A stretch of DNA of 64,000 bases from Terriglobia bacterium (lineage in GTDB: Bacteria; Acidobacteriota; Terriglobia; 20CM-2-55-15). Shown piece after piece: positions 59,312 through 64,000 of the stretch. The stretch is taken from contig CAXWPJ010000010.1 of assembly GCA_963664115.2 (NCBI GenBank), positions 1-64,000 of the forward strand, read 5' to 3'. Numbering within the stretch: position 1 is the first letter of the stretch; every line of letters begins with the position of its first letter. The notes under the pieces are model-generated. The model was not told where the DNA came from. It worked only from the letters and a program-made list of their open reading frames with translations, and ran no database searches. The position numbers were made by a program, and so were the translations under genes.

Positions 59312-60304
59312 CTATGCGGTCGCCAGCTTTTCCAGGCCGGATCGCAACAGGCCCTTCGCCATGTCGATCTTCATCGCGTTGTACTTGAGCGGGGCCGCCT
59401 CCGTCAGTGCCGTCGATTGTGCCTCCAGGGCCAACTCCGGGCTCAAGGCCTTCCCTCTCAGAAAGTCCTCCACCGCACGTTCTCTCCATGGCCTTCCGGC
59501 GATCCCGCCGAAGACCACACGCGAGTCCGTGATCGTCCGCCCGCTCATCTCCAGTCCCATCGCCAGCGACGCCATCGCGAAGTCCCACACCCCCCGGGGC
59601 CGGATCTTCTCAAACGACGCCCGGAACCCCACCCGTGGCGCCGGCAGCGTCACTTCCGTCAATATCTCGTTGTACCGCACCACATGCGACTGGATCTTCC
59701 CATCCACCATCATGTCCCCCGGTACCAACTGTTCCACACTCAACTCCTTCGTCCCGAGCGGCCCCACCAGCTTCACCGTCGCATCAAACGGGATCAGGGC
59801 CGGCGCCGCATCCCCCGGGTACACCGCGTAGCACAACCGTCCCCCCATCGCCGAGTGGTAATAGCTGTTGTCTCCGATCGCTCCATGGCAGATGTAGCCC
59901 CCGTTGCGATAGCACGCATACCCCCCTCTCAGGTACTGGCACCACACCTCCTGCAACAGGTCCCCGCCCAACGTCGACGCGTTCCTCAACTCGGGCGAGG
60001 AAATCATATTCATCGCTTCTATCAGCATCGGGTACTTCCGCCCCACCAACGCCGAATCCGCAATCTCCGACAGCTTGGTCAGCGCCCCGATATCCACGCC
60101 CCCCGTCGCATTCTCCCGGATGTAGCTCAGGTTGGGAATTCCCTTCACATCCACCAGATAACTCGGCGCCTGATCCAAGCGGTTCTTCAAGCGGATCAGC
60201 AGGTCCGTCCCCCCCGCATACACCCCCGCTTGGGTTCCATGCAGCGTCAATATCTGGATCGCTTCATCCATGCTCGTCGGCCGATATATCGATACTTTCT
60301 TCAT
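59312..60304 (-). CDS. Xanthine-dehydrogenase-family FAD subunit (PaoB/YagS-like) with 4Fe-4S Cys insert
   Basis: AGGTDL, IGALT, LRNASTLGG, WC...C...C...C insert, WDFAMAS; ATGA overlap with the upstream gene. Confidence 0.9.
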   Translation of the reverse strand: MKKVSIYRPTSMDEAIQILTLHGTQAGVYAGGTDLLIRLKNRLDQAPSYLVDVKGIPNLSYIRENATGGVDIGALTKLSEIADSALVGRKYPMLIEAMNMISSPELRNASTLGGDLLQEVWCQYLRGGYACYRNGGYICHGAIGDNSYYHSAMGGRLCYAVYPGDAAPALIPFDATVKLVGPLGTKELSVEQLVPGDMMVDGKIQSHVVRYNEILTEVTLPAPRVGFRASFEKIRPRGVWDFAMASLAMGLEMSGRTITDSRVVFGGIAGRPWRERAVEDFLRGKALSPELALEAQSTALTEAAPLKYNAMKIDMAKGLLRSGLEKLATA

Positions 60305-62865
60305 GCCCCCGCCTCCCTCTCTTTCAATCCCGCCATGATCTTGTCCCGCGTGATCGGCGTTTCTCTGATCCGAACGCCACACGCATTGTAGATGGCATTC
60401 GATACCGCGCCCGGCACGGACCCGATCGATGTCTCACTGAAGCTCTTGATCCCATAAAACCAGCGGGGCTCCAGGCTATCCACCAATACCTGGGTCTGAT
60501 GTTCCGGCATTTCCATGATCGTCGGCAGGCGGTAGGCCAGGTAGCCGGTGGCGTAGTGGCGATGACCTGGAAATTCCCGATCGTACGGAACCGGGTCCGT
60601 CGCCATTTGAAGGCTCTGGGTCATGGACCCGAGCATGTCGGCCGACGCGACCATCGGGTTGACCACCAGCCCGGTGTCGTGACAGTAAGCCGACCGGACG
60701 ATACGCCAGTCACCGGTCCAGGTATCGACTTCCACTTCGAGGAAACAGGCGCCGACTCCCTTGGTCAGCGCTCTTCCCTGATTCTTGTTCACGCCTTGAC
60801 CCGCCCCAACAATCGAACCGCCCGCTGCTTTAGCAAGCGCCGCAAACGTCGTCTGAAGCTGGGGATTGTCCCGCGAAGAGATGACGCCATCACGGATCTC
60901 AAGCGCAGTCACGTCCACGTTCAGCGTACTTGCCGCTCGGTCGAGAAGATCTTTCTTGAGCTTAACGGTGGCACTGTAGGTGGCCGCCCCTTGGACGGTA
61001 ACGGTCTTGCCGGCGATCCAACCGTTGCTCGGGGGAGTAATGTCCGAGTCCCCCCATATCGCGCGGATATAATCCCGGGTTGTGAACCCGAGGATCTCCG
61101 CCACGACATGCGCGAGCGCCGTGTCATGGTTGGTGCCGCTGTCGGGCAGCGCGGTCTTCACGTTCACGTACCCGTCGGCGGTCAACTCCACTTCGGCGCC
61201 GAACAATCCGCCACCACCACCGCCGCCGGTTCCGTTTGTTTCTATCATGCGCCGGCGAAAACCTTCCTCTCCGTCGTGGTAACCCATGTGGCCGGCATGG
61301 TGCTGTGAATTCGCCACGCCAAACCCCCTCTTATACCGTCCGGGGTTGCCGCCCGCGACCGGATTCCTCTGGTCCCAACCGATTTCCTTCGCGCCCTCTT
61401 CCAGCACCTCGACCGACGCGAACGAATCGTATGTGACGGCGCCGTTCTCGTTCTCATAGCGTGTCCCGGCTGCCAGGTCCTTATGCCAGGCCCCGGTGAG
61501 CTGATCCCCCGGCTTCGAGACGTGCATCAACCGGAACTGGAGGGGGTCCATCCCCACCGCTTCCGACATCTCATCGATCATGTTTTCGAAGGCCCACTTG
61601 ATCTCCTGCTGCGTGTAGCTCCGAACCGGCGCGGTCTCCATTGCATTCGATCGATAGGCATACGCGGTCGTTTTCCAGTTTGGCACCTGGCTGGTGTAGA
61701 GCTCGAAATTGTTCTTGGCGATCTCGTTTACGGCTTGAGCCGTTTGAAAACCTCGCTCCCCCGCGCTGATATAAATCTCGTGCGTGAGCGCGATAATGCG
61801 TCCGTCACTGTTGGCGCCGACCCGGAATTTCGTCATGTTCTCCGGCTTGACATAGACAAACGCCATTTCCTGATCCTTGGGGAGCATGACCTTGGTGGGC
61901 CGGCCCGTCATCCTCGCGATATAGGCGATGTATGTATAGAACGGCTCGGAGGCTCCTCTCGCCGCCGAGAACGTGCAGCCGTTGTACTTATTGATGTACC
62001 GAACCTGCGACGTATCGATACCCAGCTCCCGTGCAATGCGATCTCGCATGGGATAGATTCCCTGACTCATACCCCAGAACGTCAGTTGATCGCCATCCCA
62101 CTTGGCCACGCTGCCACAGGGTTGCATGGGAATCGCGGTCGCTCCCGCCCAGTAATAGGTGAACTCCCGGATTACCTCAGAGTCTCGAAAGCCCTGCTCG
62201 ACATCGCCAAGCTGGGCCACCCAGGTGGCGTTCGGGTCGTAATGAGGATCATCCTCCGATATCCGAAGGAGGTGCCCTGCTCCATCACGAACCTCGGGCG
62301 CGTCCGGGGACATGGCGCTTTCCAGAGTTGCGGCAAAGGGCAGGATCTCGTAATCCGCCTCGATGGCCGCGACGGCGTCTTCCGCGAGGTCCTCCGTATC
62401 GGCGGCCACAATAGCGACCACTTCTCCGGTCAGGCTCAGTTCTTCGGGCATTGGAACGTTGGCCGGAGCATTCTCGCGTGTGAGTACGTAGGCCACACCC
62501 GGCATCCGCTCCGCCTTCGATGTGTCCAGACTTCGAATCCGCGCATGAGGATGGGGACAGGTGAGAAACTTCGCGTAGAGCATGTCGGGAAACCAAACTC
62601 TGCTCGAATACTGGGCTGTACCGAGAAACCTCGGTATGGAGACTTCGGGCATCGGCGGCATCGACTTTCCAACTACGTTGAGATTCTCAGGCGCGTAGCC
62701 CTGCCATTTCTGCGTCACGATCTGGTCGTCACCTTCGACGAGTATGTCTTCCGGACCGTGACCTCCACCTGTGGAGTAATCGCGCACCATGGGCAGCTTG
62801 ATCTGGACGATGGATCCAGGTTCGGGTACGGCTTCGATTTTCGGTATACCGTTTTCCTGACTCAT
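60301..62865 (-). CDS. Xanthine-dehydrogenase-family molybdopterin-binding subunit (PaoC/YagR-like)
   Basis: CPHPHARI, GEVVAIVAA, MDPLQFR, EVEVDTWTG, HDTG, SNAIYNACGVRIRETPIT. Confidence 0.9.
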   Translation of the reverse strand: MSQENGIPKIEAVPEPGSIVQIKLPMVRDYSTGGGHGPEDILVEGDDQIVTQKWQGYAPENLNVVGKSMPPMPEVSIPRFLGTAQYSSRVWFPDMLYAKFLTCPHPHARIRSLDTSKAERMPGVAYVLTRENAPANVPMPEELSLTGEVVAIVAADTEDLAEDAVAAIEADYEILPFAATLESAMSPDAPEVRDGAGHLLRISEDDPHYDPNATWVAQLGDVEQGFRDSEVIREFTYYWAGATAIPMQPCGSVAKWDGDQLTFWGMSQGIYPMRDRIARELGIDTSQVRYINKYNGCTFSAARGASEPFYTYIAYIARMTGRPTKVMLPKDQEMAFVYVKPENMTKFRVGANSDGRIIALTHEIYISAGERGFQTAQAVNEIAKNNFELYTSQVPNWKTTAYAYRSNAMETAPVRSYTQQEIKWAFENMIDEMSEAVGMDPLQFRLMHVSKPGDQLTGAWHKDLAAGTRYENENGAVTYDSFASVEVLEEGAKEIGWDQRNPVAGGNPGRYKRGFGVANSQHHAGHMGYHDGEEGFRRRMIETNGTGGGGGGGLFGAEVELTADGYVNVKTALPDSGTNHDTALAHVVAEILGFTTRDYIRAIWGDSDITPPSNGWIAGKTVTVQGAATYSATVKLKKDLLDRAASTLNVDVTALEIRDGVISSRDNPQLQTTFAALAKAAGGSIVGAGQGVNKNQGRALTKGVGACFLEVEVDTWTGDWRIVRSAYCHDTGLVVNPMVASADMLGSMTQSLQMATDPVPYDREFPGHRHYATGYLAYRLPTIMEMPEHQTQVLVDSLEPRWFYGIKSFSETSIGSVPGAVSNAIYNACGVRIRETPITRDKIMAGLKEREAGA

Positions 62866-63479
62866 AGTTCGGCCTCCCCGCGCATGACTTTACCCGCATC
62901 CACCACCGTCCGTATGATCGCCGGGTAGGCCGCGCACCGGCAGATATGTCCCGACAGCGCCATTTTGACTTCGTCCACCGTCGGGTCCGGGTTCTCGTCG
63001 AGCAGACCTTTCGCCGTCACTTCCCATCCCGGTGTACAGAATCCGCAGTCGGCCGCCACGTACCGGTGCCCCACCGCCTGGATCGGATGCAGATTGTCTG
63101 CGTCGCCCAAGCCTTCCACCGTGAATATGTCTTTCTCCCTCGCCTCCGTCGCCAGGGTGTGGCAGGAATAATAGGGCGTCCCATCGATCAGGACGCTGCA
63201 GGCTCCACAACTCGCCCGGTTGCAGCTCCGGTTCGTCCCCGTCAGCGCCAGCTTAATCGCGATCACTTCCCACAAGGTCGTCCGGGCCTCGTATTCAGCT
63301 TGGTAGGTGGCTCCATTGATTATGAATGTCCCGATCTCCACCGTCATCGGTGCGGGAATACCTGACGCCATCTGGGCCGAAGCCGCGGAACCGGCGACCG
63401 AGCGGTAACCGCCCACCGTCGTCAGTACGACCGCGCCTGAGCCGGCCGCCTTCAGAAAATGTCTTCGAGAATACTTCAT
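62862..63479 (-). CDS. 2Fe-2S subunit with Tat signal (PaoA/YagT-like)
   Basis: SRRHFLK, CNRASCGACSV...SC, CGFCTPG, HICRCAAY; GAGGT RBS before ATG 63479. Confidence 0.92.
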   Translation of the reverse strand: MKYSRRHFLKAAGSGAVVLTTVGGYRSVAGSAASAQMASGIPAPMTVEIGTFIINGATYQAEYEARTTLWEVIAIKLALTGTNRSCNRASCGACSVLIDGTPYYSCHTLATEAREKDIFTVEGLGDADNLHPIQAVGHRYVAADCGFCTPGWEVTAKGLLDENPDPTVDEVKMALSGHICRCAAYPAIIRTVVDAGKVMRGEAEL

Positions 63480-63723
63480 AACCTCAAACCTCCAGCGGTT
63501 TGTGCGCAATCGAAAATCCGGGGACTTTTAGCAAGAATGAACTCGTGCCATGCTCCCAAAATACCCCCCCGTTGTCCACTGATTTTACTTGCGTCTGGGG
63601 GACGCTCATGCCGGGCAGGAGATGCGTTTCGAAAAGGAGAGTCGACAAATTCGTCTGTAAAAACAAAGCGAGGCGTCCCGCCGTTTTCGCCGGACGCCTC
63701 GCTTGGGATGAACTTGCCGTCTT

Positions 63724-64000
63724 CTATGCGGTGGCTAACTTTTCCAGGCCGGATCGCAACAGGCCCTTCGCCATGTCGATCTTCATCGCGTTGTACTTGA
63801 GCGGGGCCGCCTCCGTCAGTGCCGTCGATTGTGCCTCCAGGGCCAACTCCGGGCTCAAGGCTTTCCCTCTCAGAAAGTCCTCCACCGCACGTTCTCTCCA
63901 TGGCCTTCCGGCGATCCCGCCGAAGACCACACGCGAGTCCGTGATCGTCCGCCCGCTCATCTCCAGTCCCATCGCCATCGACGCCATCGCGAAGTCCCAC
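63724..64000 (-). CDS. 3' end of a second, nearly identical FAD subunit (starts beyond the window)
   Basis: Matches 59312..59588 with 5 mismatches counted by eye over 277 nt; WDFAMASM...LEKLATA. Confidence 0.88.
   Translation of the reverse strand, partial: WDFAMASMAMGLEMSGRTITDSRVVFGGIAGRPWRERAVEDFLRGKALSPELALEAQSTALTEAAPLKYNAMKIDMAKGLLRSGLEKLATA

Overview
High-GC accessory region. Gene content resembles Acidobacteriota (inference from Oar-like TonB-dependent barrels, CRTAC1/TPR operons and DUF6152 expansions). Almost every gene encodes an exported protein, and most families occur as paralogues. I found no rRNA, tRNA, CRISPR array, core housekeeping operon or transcription factor. The main candidate for an undescribed system is a repeated module: 7 small DUF6152-like proteins predicted to start His-His after signal cleavage and carrying an (N/S)PH motif, plus 5 copies of an unnamed ~250-290 aa secreted partner with two conserved Cys. 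One cassette adds a metallo-beta-lactamase-fold protein that has lost its Zn1 site, followed by a cytochrome c. Other content: a TonB receptor-CRTAC1-TPR-pentaheme cytochrome operon; two tandem outer-membrane barrels with an LTxxQ-like helical N-domain; two PufC-like diheme cytochromes, one with its promoter split by an IS1380 and a frameshift; two PQQ sugar dehydrogenases sharing a loop deletion; a TRAP transporter; a DUF4062-TPR plus cytidylyltransferase pair; REP palindromes; an IS91-type remnant; and a Tat-exported Pao-like molybdo-flavoenzyme operon with unusual active-site loops and a second near-identical FAD-subunit copy at the window edge. All family calls come from motif recognition by eye, not database searches.
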